Shown: piece by piece, positions 53,344 through 62,289 of the stretch | Numbering within the stretch: the first letter of the stretch is position 1 | How the letters are laid out: every line of letters begins with the position of its first letter | DNA from: a virus | Reading direction: 5' to 3' (one strand) | Length of the DNA: 64,000 bases | IMG/VR virus record: IMGVR_UViG_3300023181_000004 | Location: 1 to 64,000 of that record | Translations under genes and position numbers: made by a program | The notes under the pieces: generated by a model | The model's database searches: none | What the model was told of the DNA's origin: nothing | The model's input: the letters and a program-made list of their open reading frames with translations, nothing else

Positions 53344-53768
53344 GCCGGCTCGCCACTGACGCCCTCGACCTGCTGTGCGGCAAGAAGCTCGGCGAGGGCG
53401 TCTACCGCACGGTGTTCGAGTGCGCGCTGCGCAGCGACTGGGTGGTGAAGCTGGAGATCCACGACGATGCGAAGCGCACCTTCGCCAACGTCCATGAGTG
53501 GTCGTTCTGGGACGAGTACCAAAGCGAGGGCGCCATCACGCGCTGGCTGGCACCGTGCGAGAAGCTGTCGCCAGACGGTCGTATCCTGCTCCAGCAGCGC
53601 TGCGAGCCGATCCCGCTGGACTATCACCTGCCGCAGAAGCTCCCGGCCTTCCTGACGGACGTGAAGCGGTCGAACTTCGGCCTGCTCGATGGCAAACTGG
53701 TGTGCGTCGACTACGCTTTTGTCGACGTGACGCCGAGCACGCGATTAAAAAACGCACATTGGGCTTGA
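53340..53768 (+). CDS. minimal protein-kinase-like protein
   Basis: LGEGVYRTVF, VVK, helix-C Glu, DVKRSNFG, CVDY. Confidence 0.75.
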   Translation: MSRLATDALDLLCGKKLGEGVYRTVFECALRSDWVVKLEIHDDAKRTFANVHEWSFWDEYQSEGAITRWLAPCEKLSPDGRILLQQRCEPIPLDYHLPQKLPAFLTDVKRSNFGLLDGKLVCVDYAFVDVTPSTRLKNAHWA

Positions 53769-53820
53769 CCTATATGTTTCTTAAACTATGAAGACCTCAG
53801 CGCACCTCTGCGCAGGAGAA

Positions 53821-54000
53821 ATGAAAATGGCAAAGTCCCCCACCGAGTTCCCCGTTGGCACCAAGGTGTCGTTCCTCGCCGGCCCGACGCGCATCGCCGT
53901 GAGCGGTGCCGAAGTCACCGGCCATGACGGCCAGTTCGTCGTGACCAAGGACGCGGCCGGCAAGGTACGCAAGATCCGCCCCGGCGCCATCACGGCGTAA
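53821..54000 (+). CDS. small SH3-like hypothetical protein
   Basis: AGGAG RBS; FPVGTKV. Confidence 0.6.
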   Translation: MKMAKSPTEFPVGTKVSFLAGPTRIAVSGAEVTGHDGQFVVTKDAAGKVRKIRPGAITA

Positions 54001-54007
54001 TGCTTCA

Positions 54008-54042
54008 TATACGAGTCACAAAGGGCCTTTGTGACTCGTATA
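54008..54042. repeat. 16-bp perfect inverted repeat
   Basis: TATACGAGTCACAAAG-GGC-CTTTGTGACTCGTATA. Confidence 0.85.
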
Positions 54043-54056
54043 CGCTACATTCGGAG

Positions 54057-55058
54057 ATGCGCGTGACGTTCAACGACTTCCAGCTCGCCAGTGGCGCGCG
54101 CGTCCACCTGATCGGCGATCCTCACCTCGGCAAGAAGTTCGAGGAGGGGGTGCCGCAGAACCGCCGCGGCGAGCGCGAGAGCCGACAAGCTGCGCACTTC
54201 GCGAACGAGCTGGAAGCCACCGCCGACGTCATCGTGATGGTCGGTGACCTCTTCGATAATCCCTACGTCAGTGATGCCGTCATCGTTGCCGCCGCGCGCG
54301 CCATTCTCGGCGCCGCAGAGCGCAACCCCGACGTGCTCTACGTCATGATGGCAGGGAACCACGACAAGCCGCGCAACTTGACACTAGTCGGCGCGTGGCA
54401 TGCCTTTCGCGAGATGACCCAGCATCGGCTGAGCAATCTCTTCATCCTCGACCGGCCGGCGCACCTCGGCGCTCTGGCCTTTTTTCCTTGGGAGTGGGAC
54501 CGCCGTGCGGACGATCAAGTCAATGACCTTGCGGGCGCTGTCGGCGTTGAGCACGCCGTCGGACATTGGGATCTCTCCGTGTTCGACGGAAAGGACGACC
54601 ATCTCGCTCCCGTTGAAGCGCTCCACACCGCGTTTCCACAGCTCTATGGCATGTGGTCGGGCCACTACCACAAGCCGGGCGCCTACCGAGTAGGCGACTG
54701 CTGGGTCCACTGCACCGGCTCGATGGAGCCATACGCGCACGGCGAGGGCGACCTGTACGTCACGCTGACGCGCGCCGAAGCGTTGCTGGCTACTGACCTG
54801 CACGACAAGGTCGTGCGCGTGCTGCTGGCCCCCGGCGAGGACATGCCCGAGATCGATTGCCTCGCTCTTACGCACAAGCGCGTTCGCGTGGACGAAGAAG
54901 ATGGCGTGCAAAGTACCGTGTCAGTTGACGATTTCGACTTCCATCGGATTGTCCGCGAGCGCATCCATGACCGAGACCCGCGCGTTCGTGGGTTCATCGA
55001 AGAAAGGATGCATCTCGGTGGTGAAGAACAGCTCGGAAGTGGCAATCAAGCTGTATGA
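54057..55058 (+). CDS. SbcD/Mre11-like nuclease
   Basis: GDPH, GDLFD, GNHD, SGHYH, TGS. Confidence 0.88.
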   Translation: MRVTFNDFQLASGARVHLIGDPHLGKKFEEGVPQNRRGERESRQAAHFANELEATADVIVMVGDLFDNPYVSDAVIVAAARAILGAAERNPDVLYVMMAGNHDKPRNLTLVGAWHAFREMTQHRLSNLFILDRPAHLGALAFFPWEWDRRADDQVNDLAGAVGVEHAVGHWDLSVFDGKDDHLAPVEALHTAFPQLYGMWSGHYHKPGAYRVGDCWVHCTGSMEPYAHGEGDLYVTLTRAEALLATDLHDKVVRVLLAPGEDMPEIDCLALTHKRVRVDEEDGVQSTVSVDDFDFHRIVRERIHDRDPRVRGFIEERMHLGGEEQLGSGNQAV

Positions 55059-55282
55059 CGTAGCGCGTGGGCTGGGAGTTCCAGCCACCATTCAGTGTAG
55101 CCTCGTGGCGCACTCGGACAGCCGCTACCTCAAGCTGCACCCAAATACTCCACAGGAGCAGGTGATCCGCATCAGCAGTCACCGCCCCTATGAACACCGG
55201 TACGGCCTGTGCCTAGACGTACACCGGCCCGACCGCCTTGCCTCGGCGGTCTCTATAGGCACGCAATGGTTGGAGACGAACT

Positions 55283-55720
55283 ATGGAAGTGAAGTTCATG
55301 CGACTCCCGCACGGTGCGGGACTGGAGATGCCCCGCTACGAGACAGCGGATGCATCGGGGATGGACCTGCGATCGGCGGAGACATTCAAACTGTTCCACG
55401 GGCAGACAAAAATCTTCACCACCGGGTTCGCCGTGGAGGTGCCGCGCGGGTTCGAACTGCAGGTACGCAGTCGAAGTGGACTAGCAGCGAAGCACGGCGT
55501 GTTCGTGACCAATGGGATCGGGACGATTGATGCCGATTACCGCGGTGAGCTGATGGTTATCCTGTCGCACCTCGGCCGCAACGCCTATGAGATCGAGGTG
55601 GGCGAACGTATCGCGCAGCTCGTTTTATGCCCTGTCGTGCAGGCGACGCCGATTGAGGTGTCACTCCTTAGCGGCACCGCTCGGGGCAGCGGCGGGCTGG
55701 GCAGTACCGGGCGCCGGTAG
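55283..55720 (+). CDS. dut: trimeric dUTPase
   Basis: SGMDL, RSG, GTIDADYRGE, RIAQL, RGSGGLGSTG. Confidence 0.95.
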   Translation: MEVKFMRLPHGAGLEMPRYETADASGMDLRSAETFKLFHGQTKIFTTGFAVEVPRGFELQVRSRSGLAAKHGVFVTNGIGTIDADYRGELMVILSHLGRNAYEIEVGERIAQLVLCPVVQATPIEVSLLSGTARGSGGLGSTGRR

Positions 55721-56107
55721 CCGCGACAGGATATCAGCACGGCTGGCATTCCGCGCGCGCTCCTGTTCGCGCAGAATGTCCAGCTGCTGCTGCATATCCT
55801 TCTTCTGCGACTCGTTCGCATTGTACTGCTGGGCGAGCGACCACGTCAGCGTGCTGATGAAGAGCATGACGACAAGGCCGCCCGCCCATTTCAGGATCGA
55901 CTTGAGTTCCCCGATCACGCCGAGGACCGCCTTGTGCTTCTCCTCGACCTTCGTGGCCAGCTCGTCGTTCTTCTCGTCGATCTTTTTCACCAGCTCATCC
56001 GTCTTCTTCCCCAAGCCATCGAGCTTGTAGTCGGTGATTTGCATGTAATTCTTCAACTCGTGACGAGTCTCACGACTGTGGAGCATCGGATCAGTCTGGT
56101 CGGGCAT
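55661..56107 (-). CDS. coiled-coil single-TM protein at the end of the lysis cassette
   Basis: coiled coil plus WAGGLVVMLFISTLTW TM; overlaps dut 3' end convergently. Confidence 0.6.
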   Translation of the reverse strand: MPDQTDPMLHSRETRHELKNYMQITDYKLDGLGKKTDELVKKIDEKNDELATKVEEKHKAVLGVIGELKSILKWAGGLVVMLFISTLTWSLAQQYNANESQKKDMQQQLDILREQERARNASRADILSRLPAPGTAQPAAAPSGAAKE

Positions 56108-56110
56108 GGC

Positions 56111-56401
56111 TTATCCCCGAGGACAGCCGGCAATCACCGGTTCAATTTCATTGAGGCGGGCCTCGCGCTGCGCGCGCCCGCCGTAGAGAAGCTGCATCCG
56201 CTCGGCGGCGTCCGCTGCCGCCTTGAGCTTCGCCTTCGTATCGACATACTCGGGCGGACCGGCCAGCGTTTTGGGGACGCACGGCGCCGCGACCGGCACC
56301 TTGACGATCTGAGGGACCACGATAGGTTCGGGACGCGCGGGTACAGCCGCGCCGCACGCGGTGAGGATGCTCAGAAGTGGGATAAGATAAACGGCCTTCA
56401 C
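56111..56401 (-). CDS. o-spanin (Rz1-like lipoprotein)
   Basis: lipobox LTAC, Pro-rich. Confidence 0.75.
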   Translation of the reverse strand: MKAVYLIPLLSILTACGAAVPARPEPIVVPQIVKVPVAAPCVPKTLAGPPEYVDTKAKLKAAADAAERMQLLYGGRAQREARLNEIEPVIAGCPRG

Positions 56402-56835
56402 TGCACCATCTCCTCCATGCCGCGATTGTCGATATCACGGACACGATCTTCAAGGGTAGCCCCCTGCGGCTTGGTTGCCAAGAAACCGTTCAGGCGAACG
56501 GTCATCAGCCGGGTTTGCTCCTGAGCCTTGGCCAGCTCGACCTGCTTGGCCGCCAGCAACGCTTTGCTCTCCGCCGACAGCTGGTCATAAGCCTTGTTCT
56601 GCACCTCGATCTCGTGCTTGAGCGTCGCCACGTTGGTGGTGGCCTGAGCCAGCCGCGCGACGTAGCCCGTCATTGGGTCGTTGATGCTGGTCTGCAGCTT
56701 GGTGGTCTGAACCATCAGCGACCGGTTCTCGAAGTAGCTTGCCAGAAGCAGCGCCGAGAGAACGATACCGATGAGAGCGGCCCCGCCGGTGGCGACCTTC
56801 CAGAGGTTGCTGGTGATGACGCTTGGCAAGATCAT
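56398..56835 (-). CDS. i-spanin (Rz-like)
   Basis: N-terminal TM plus coiled coil, upstream of the lipoprotein. Confidence 0.75.
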   Translation of the reverse strand: MILPSVITSNLWKVATGGAALIGIVLSALLLASYFENRSLMVQTTKLQTSINDPMTGYVARLAQATTNVATLKHEIEVQNKAYDQLSAESKALLAAKQVELAKAQEQTRLMTVRLNGFLATKPQGATLEDRVRDIDNRGMEEMVQ

Positions 56836-57140
56836 TCTTTGGACTCCGCAGGGGGAACCGCTGGGGCGGAAGTGCCCTCGCGTGTCTGGATCGCAGCAGC
56901 GACGCTACGGTCCTTGATGGCCGCCGAGCCTGCGACAGCGCCAATGGCGATGCCCAAACCAGTCGGGTACGCAGCACAGAACGCGACGGTGTCGAAGTGA
57001 GCACCGTTGCGGATCATATCCCACAGCACGAACATCGGGGCGCAAGCGATGTAGACACCCACGCCCACGCCGCCGAGCAGCCGGGTGATCTCGTATTCGC
57101 CGCCGATGCCTTTCAGTGCGTTGAGCAGGTTCTTCATCAT
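56832..57140 (-). CDS. putative holin
   Basis: two hydrophobic segments, between endolysin and spanins. Confidence 0.6.
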   Translation of the reverse strand: MMKNLLNALKGIGGEYEITRLLGGVGVGVYIACAPMFVLWDMIRNGAHFDTVAFCAAYPTGLGIAIGAVAGSAAIKDRSVAAAIQTREGTSAPAVPPAESKE

Positions 57141-57334
57141 AAACTTCCTCGTAGAATGAGAGCACCAACCCATGCGCTGATCAGGGACGAGATCAGCATG
57201 AAGGTCGCGAAGATGAATGTCATCTTCCGCAGGCGCTCGCAATTGGTATTAACAAATCCCAGCCAAAATAGAAATACGCAGAGTGCCGCAAGACGGCTGA
57301 TGGTCATCCAGAAGAGGAAGACCGAAGAACTCAT
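57137..57334 (-). CDS. small two-TM protein (holin/antiholin candidate)
   Basis: TAATG coupling to endolysin; hydrophobic. Confidence 0.5.
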   Translation of the reverse strand: MSSSVFLFWMTISRLAALCVFLFWLGFVNTNCERLRKMTFIFATFMLISSLISAWVGALILRGSL

Positions 57335-57894
57335 TATACATTCGCCTTCCACCACGCTGTGCCAGGCAAGAAACTATTGGCTCGATTGGTCCAGCCGTTG
57401 ATATATTTCGGATTGTTGAGCGACTTGTAGAAGGCGATGCGCGCGGCGGTCCACGCCTTCATCGCCGTCTCATCGCTCTTGTCGCAGCGCCATTTCCGAT
57501 ACGCCTCGCGCGTGCCAGCGCCAGCGTCGCCGTCGTCGCCCGTGCCGCAGAGCCGCTGCAGCACCTTGACGGCGGCCTTCGGGCCGGCGTTGAACGAGAG
57601 ATCGACCACCCCGGCGAGCACCACATCCCACGGCAGCAGGTCAATGCCGTTCTTGTGGTAGTAGCCCTTGAGGCCGAGATCGATCGCTTCGGCTTCGCCG
57701 AGCGCGGCCATGTCAGCCTTGGTGACCGACTTCACGCCGCGATAGGCCGCCAGGGCGTCGCCCGTGACACCGTACTTCGAACCGACCAGCTGGCCGTTGT
57801 GCCAATTGCCGCGATCGTCAGGGTCGAGCGAGTGCTTCGGACTCTCGTGCACGAGGATCGTGTTTTTGAAAAAGGCTTGGGGGGTCGCCTTCAT
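57334..57894 (-). CDS. endolysin, glycoside hydrolase family 108
   Basis: HE...DPDDRG, SKYGVT, DLSFNAG, VKVLQR, GWTNR. Confidence 0.85.
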   Translation of the reverse strand: MKATPQAFFKNTILVHESPKHSLDPDDRGNWHNGQLVGSKYGVTGDALAAYRGVKSVTKADMAALGEAEAIDLGLKGYYHKNGIDLLPWDVVLAGVVDLSFNAGPKAAVKVLQRLCGTGDDGDAGAGTREAYRKWRCDKSDETAMKAWTAARIAFYKSLNNPKYINGWTNRANSFLPGTAWWKANV

Positions 57895-57911
57895 AGCCTT
57901 CTCTTTCCTTA

Positions 57912-57928
57912 AAATTACCTTGTACTTT
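57912..57928. promoter_or_regulatory. 17-bp site (11 of 12) in the endolysin/sbcC divergent gap
   Basis: AAATTAC-CTT-GTACTTT. Confidence 0.7.
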
Positions 57929-57974
57929 CAGGAAATCCAAATGTATTAATAAGAGGAACCTGTAGGGACAAAGC

Positions 57975-59900
57975 ATGATCGAACGACTCACATCATCCGC
58001 ATTCTTCCCTGTCAGCGGTGCTACGCTCCGGGCGGATTATCAACCCAAATCCGGCATCACCGCCGTGGTTGGCGAGAACGGGGCAGGCAAGACCTTCCTC
58101 TCGATCGAGACCGTGCGGTGGTTGCTCTACGGCAAGGCGGCGTTGCGCGGCGCGGCGGGCGACTACAAGGACGCTAACGCCAGCGGGTGCTTCCTCATCC
58201 GCGGCGCGCGGTATGAAATCAGCCGCGGCAAGGCGGAGTGGGTCAAGGACGCGAGCGGCTCGATGGTCGCCAAAGGCGCGGAGAAGGTGACCGAGTTCGT
58301 CACAGAAGCAATGGGCTACGGCCTCGACGTCTTCGACCTGTGCAACGCGGCCACGCAGGGCAACGTCCAGAAGCTGGGCGACATGCGACCGGCCGAGCGC
58401 AAGGCGATCATCGACAAAGTGCTGCGCCTGACCGACGCCGAGAAGGCCGAGAAGGACTGCCGCACGGAGGCCACCGGCTACAAGCGCGAGGCCGAGGCAC
58501 TGGCCAAGGCGCTGCGCGCGCCGGGCGACGAGCCGGTGACCCCGGCGGGCTACATGCCCTCGGAGAGCCTGCGCGGTGCCCTGACAGCCATGCGCGCCAC
58601 GCGTGACGCACATGCGGCCCTCCGGGGCCAGCTGCGACTCGTAGACGCTCCTGTGCGGCCACTGGCGGCCGCATTCAGCGAGGACGCTATTGCGGATCTG
58701 GAGCAGCACGAGCGGGACCGCGCTGTGGCTCAAGCGGAGCACCGTCGGTTGGACAGCATCACGCAACGATGCCGTCCTTATTCGCCAGATAAATATAGCG
58801 AGGACCAGTTGCAGGTTGCCGAGCGCCGCAACCTTATTCGACATGCCCTCGACCAACGCGGCCCCGCACCACAGCTGACCGCGGCGGCCTCCGAGCGAAT
58901 ATGGGCGCAATGGGCTTTATTCGATGCTCATCAGCCGAGCGATGAAATCGAGTGTCCGAAGTGTGCACACAAATTTCGGACAACGGGCGAGCCACCGACA
59001 CCTCCGCTAATGTCGAAGGAGCAACTGCGGGAAGATGACGCCCGCCGCTCGCGGCACTGCGCGCCAGCGCCTGTTCTTCCCGACGGACCAGATCTTACTC
59101 CGCAGAAGATCAAACTGGTTCGCGACAGCGCGGCGGCGGATGCAGAGCATGACGCAGCCTATGCCGCATTGCGCCAGCTTGTTATTCCTGACGACCGCTC
59201 AGCCGAGCTGACGCGCATGCGCAATGACAAAGCCACAATGGATGCGTTCCTCGCCGAGCAGTTGCGTTACGAGCGCGTCCGCCAAAGCAACGCCGAGATC
59301 GAGGCGCAGATCGCCGCACTCGACCCCGACCTCGGACAGGACATCATCGACAACCAAGCCGAGGGCGTGCACCGCGCCGAGATGTACGAGGCGGCCTACG
59401 CGACATGGCAGCGCGACGACGCTGCGTTCAAGGCGGCACAGGCCAAGATCGCCGACGCCAGCTATCTTGCCGAGGAATATGCCCTTGGCGCCAAGGGCAT
59501 CAGCGACGCGCGCGCCGTGGTCAAGGCGCTGATCGCGCCGAAGATCAGTCGCATTGCCACCGTCCTGATCCGCGACATGTCGATGGGCAAGCTCGACAAC
59601 CTGATCGTGGATGACGAGATGGAGATCACCGTCGGCGGCCAGCGCATCGAGACGCTGTCGGGCGCCGGCAAGACGGTCGCTAACCTCGCGCTGCGCGTGG
59701 CGATGGGGCAGGCGCTGGTTGGCCACGTCTTTCCGGTCTTCCTCGCCGATGAGATCGACGGTGATCTCTCTGCCACGCGCCGCGCGGCGACGCTGCAGGC
59801 GCTGGTCTCGCTCAAAAAGCATCTGTCGCAGATCATCCTCGTCACGCACCGTGGCGCGGAAATCGCAGATCATGTGTGGGACGTAGAAAGTACCGGGTAG
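57975..59900 (+). CDS. SbcC/Rad50-like ATPase
   Basis: GENGAGKT, Q-loop, CPKC zinc hook, LSGAG signature, FLADE, VTH. Confidence 0.9.
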   Translation: MIERLTSSAFFPVSGATLRADYQPKSGITAVVGENGAGKTFLSIETVRWLLYGKAALRGAAGDYKDANASGCFLIRGARYEISRGKAEWVKDASGSMVAKGAEKVTEFVTEAMGYGLDVFDLCNAATQGNVQKLGDMRPAERKAIIDKVLRLTDAEKAEKDCRTEATGYKREAEALAKALRAPGDEPVTPAGYMPSESLRGALTAMRATRDAHAALRGQLRLVDAPVRPLAAAFSEDAIADLEQHERDRAVAQAEHRRLDSITQRCRPYSPDKYSEDQLQVAERRNLIRHALDQRGPAPQLTAAASERIWAQWALFDAHQPSDEIECPKCAHKFRTTGEPPTPPLMSKEQLREDDARRSRHCAPAPVLPDGPDLTPQKIKLVRDSAAADAEHDAAYAALRQLVIPDDRSAELTRMRNDKATMDAFLAEQLRYERVRQSNAEIEAQIAALDPDLGQDIIDNQAEGVHRAEMYEAAYATWQRDDAAFKAAQAKIADASYLAEEYALGAKGISDARAVVKALIAPKISRIATVLIRDMSMGKLDNLIVDDEMEITVGGQRIETLSGAGKTVANLALRVAMGQALVGHVFPVFLADEIDGDLSATRRAATLQALVSLKKHLSQIILVTHRGAEIADHVWDVESTG

Positions 59901-59903
59901 TTT
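59887..59903. promoter_or_regulatory. 17-bp site (12 of 12) overlapping sbcC stop
   Basis: AAAGTAC-CGG-GTAGTTT. Confidence 0.7.
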
Positions 59904-59969
59904 ACCGGATATAGATTTCCGTATAGCCACAATGCACTAAAGCGAGAACTCTTAAACCGGAGAACACCA

Positions 59970-60359
59970 GTGGCAGTTACCCCCGAGATCGAGGCCGACA
60001 TCATGCGGGCCTACAACGCCAACCCGAAACGGTTTTCCCCGTTTCGGGTGGCCAAGTCGGTTGGCGCAACCATGAGCGAAGTGATCGCTGTGGTGAACCG
60101 CAACAAGGACACCTGTCCTGAGACGGCAACTGGCGTCGCCCGCCGCGAGCTGGAACCATTCATCCTCGCCAGTCGGCGAATCATGGATGCAGGTTGGGAC
60201 AACAAGAGCGAGGGCGTGCTGACTGCGCGCCGCCGCTTCGAAGCTGGCACGCATGATATGGCCACGCACCGCGACGGCGGGTGGATCCATCTGTGCAGCA
60301 TTCCCCTCGCTCGCCCCCGCCGCGCGCGGCCGGGCTTTTTCACTGGAGTTGTACTCTGA
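59970..60359 (+). CDS. hypothetical protein, N-terminal HTH-like
   Basis: GGAG RBS; [16 protein letters not shown]. Confidence 0.55.
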   Translation: MAVTPEIEADIMRAYNANPKRFSPFRVAKSVGATMSEVIAVVNRNKDTCPETATGVARRELEPFILASRRIMDAGWDNKSEGVLTARRRFEAGTHDMATHRDGGWIHLCSIPLARPRRARPGFFTGVVL

Positions 60360-61366
60360 TGCTACATGATCTCATCCTCGGCCACGGCACGACCATCGTC
60401 GATCCACGTGGCGGCCTTGTTACACCGACTGGCGGCAGCGCCGTCCTCAAGGTCGAACCGCAGATGTTGCGCAACGGCGACGGGCCGTATCATGGCGAGT
60501 TGCAATATCTTGGCCTGCTGCAAGAGCTGGTCAACAAGAGCGACGCGGCGCCGCGCGAGGACCGCACCGGGACCGGCACGTTCAGCGTGTTCGGCCGACA
60601 GATCCGCTTCGATCTATCGGTGGGCTTCCCGCTGCTGACGACGAAGAAGCTCTTCACCAAGGGCATCATCGCCGAGCTGCTATGGATGCTCGCGGGTGAT
60701 ACGAATGTGAAGACTCTGCAGGAGCAGGGCGTTCACATTTGGGACGAGTGGGCGAAGGAAGACGGCTCGCTCGGACCAGTCTACGGCGAGCAGTGGCGAG
60801 CATGGCCGATGACGCCGAACTATGAGGCCATGAAGCCTTATCTCAAGCGTCTGGCTGCTGATCCCGACGCCTATACCACGACGTTCGCCTCCGTCGATCA
60901 GATCGCCGTGCTGTTGGAAAATCTGCGCCAGAAACCTAACGACCGCGGCCACGTCGTCAGCGCATGGAATGCGGCACAGCTCGATCAGATGGCACTGCGC
61001 CCGTGCCACTGCCTGTTCCAGTTCTACGTCGAGGACGGCAAGCTGTCGTGCCAGCTGTACCAGCGCAGCGCGGATATCTTCCTCGGTGTGCCGTTCAATA
61101 TCGCAAGCTATGCGCTGTTGACGCACCTGATCGCTGCCGAGCTGGATCTCAATGTGGGTGACTTCGTTCACACGTTCGGCGACCTGCACCTCTATGCCAA
61201 CCATGTCGAGCAGGCCAAGGAACAGCTCACTCGCTGTCCGCGTCCGTTCCCGACGGTGTTCATCAACACGCTGGGGTGGCCGGGCCTGTTCAATATCACG
61301 CCCAGTCGTATCGCGATCAACGACTACAATCCCCACCCAGCAATCAAAGCGGAGGTTTCAATATGA
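60359..61366 (+). CDS. thyA: thymidylate synthase
   Basis: [39 protein letters not shown]. Confidence 0.95.
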   Translation: MLHDLILGHGTTIVDPRGGLVTPTGGSAVLKVEPQMLRNGDGPYHGELQYLGLLQELVNKSDAAPREDRTGTGTFSVFGRQIRFDLSVGFPLLTTKKLFTKGIIAELLWMLAGDTNVKTLQEQGVHIWDEWAKEDGSLGPVYGEQWRAWPMTPNYEAMKPYLKRLAADPDAYTTTFASVDQIAVLLENLRQKPNDRGHVVSAWNAAQLDQMALRPCHCLFQFYVEDGKLSCQLYQRSADIFLGVPFNIASYALLTHLIAAELDLNVGDFVHTFGDLHLYANHVEQAKEQLTRCPRPFPTVFINTLGWPGLFNITPSRIAINDYNPHPAIKAEVSI

Positions 61367-61980
61367 GCATTTCTTCCTTCTTCCATCGTGGTGCAGAAGC
61401 CGACAATGCCGAGCCGTTCGATCCGATCGCTGCGCTCGCGGCTGAAGGCCTTCCTGCGCCACAGCCGATTGAGCTGCCTCCGGCTAGTGAGATCGTTGCG
61501 GATGCTAATGGGAGCATCTTCGGCATTACTTATGACAACGGCGTCACCATTTCCAAGCTTCGTATGGACAGCATCAAGGTCGGCGATGTTGTCAACCCGA
61601 AGGAGGCCGCCGGCTCCAAGAAGCCGGGCGTCTGGTCAGTGTTTCCACGTTGGGTCAGCCTGCTGGTTGGACGCGTGATGGAAACCGGTGCTTCGAAGTA
61701 CGGGAAATTCAACTATCGCGACAGTGCTATTGCCGCATCGACCTATGAGGATGCGATGGAGCGTCATGCACAGCTGTGGTTCGACGGCGAGGATAATGAT
61801 CCTGAGAGTGGTGTGAGTCACCTTGCCCACGTCATTGCTTGTGCCACGCTTTTGCTCGACGCACAAGCCACCGGCAAGCTGGTAGACAACCGCCAGAAGA
61901 CTGGTGTGGTCCGGCGAACACTGAATGAGTTGGAAGAGCTGCGGCGAACGCTACCACTCCCCGGCAACATCAAGGTGTAA
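61363..61980 (+). CDS. dATP/dGTP diphosphohydrolase-like (DUF5664-type) protein
   Basis: [40 protein letters not shown]. Confidence 0.85.
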   Translation: MSISSFFHRGAEADNAEPFDPIAALAAEGLPAPQPIELPPASEIVADANGSIFGITYDNGVTISKLRMDSIKVGDVVNPKEAAGSKKPGVWSVFPRWVSLLVGRVMETGASKYGKFNYRDSAIAASTYEDAMERHAQLWFDGEDNDPESGVSHLAHVIACATLLLDAQATGKLVDNRQKTGVVRRTLNELEELRRTLPLPGNIKV

Positions 61981-62012
61981 AAGAAAGGGGGCCAGTTGGC
62001 CCCCTTTTTATT
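61981..62012. terminator. bidirectional terminator between convergent operons
   Basis: AAAGGGGGCCA-GT-TGGCCCCCTTTTT. Confidence 0.85.
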
Positions 62013-62286
62013 GTGCCGCAGCGATGCGCTGTCGGACCTGAGCTGGTAGGCTCTCGACTCCCTTCATCACGGTTGCCATGCCGTCAAGCTGTAGTTTTGC
62101 GAGAGGATCGTGACCGTAAAGTTCGCGCGCAGTTGCGATATCACTCTTTACCTTGAGCCACTCATCGCTGCCGACAAGGGCATTGAGTTGGTCAAGACCC
62201 TCTTCAGAAGCTTTTCGATCAGCCTCTGCGACGAGCTTGCGCATGTCTTCAACGGAGGGAGTGGTGGTCTTAGTAGCCATGGTCAT
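62008..62286 (-). CDS. small helical protein downstream of tailspike
   Basis: AAGGA RBS. Confidence 0.6.
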   Translation of the reverse strand: MTMATKTTTPSVEDMRKLVAEADRKASEEGLDQLNALVGSDEWLKVKSDIATARELYGHDPLAKLQLDGMATVMKGVESLPAQVRQRIAAAQ

Positions 62287-62289
62287 TCC

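Noticed and set aside
4620-59903. CRISPR array or iteron array from the repeats
   Set aside because: Copies are dispersed, with no regular repeat-spacer period.
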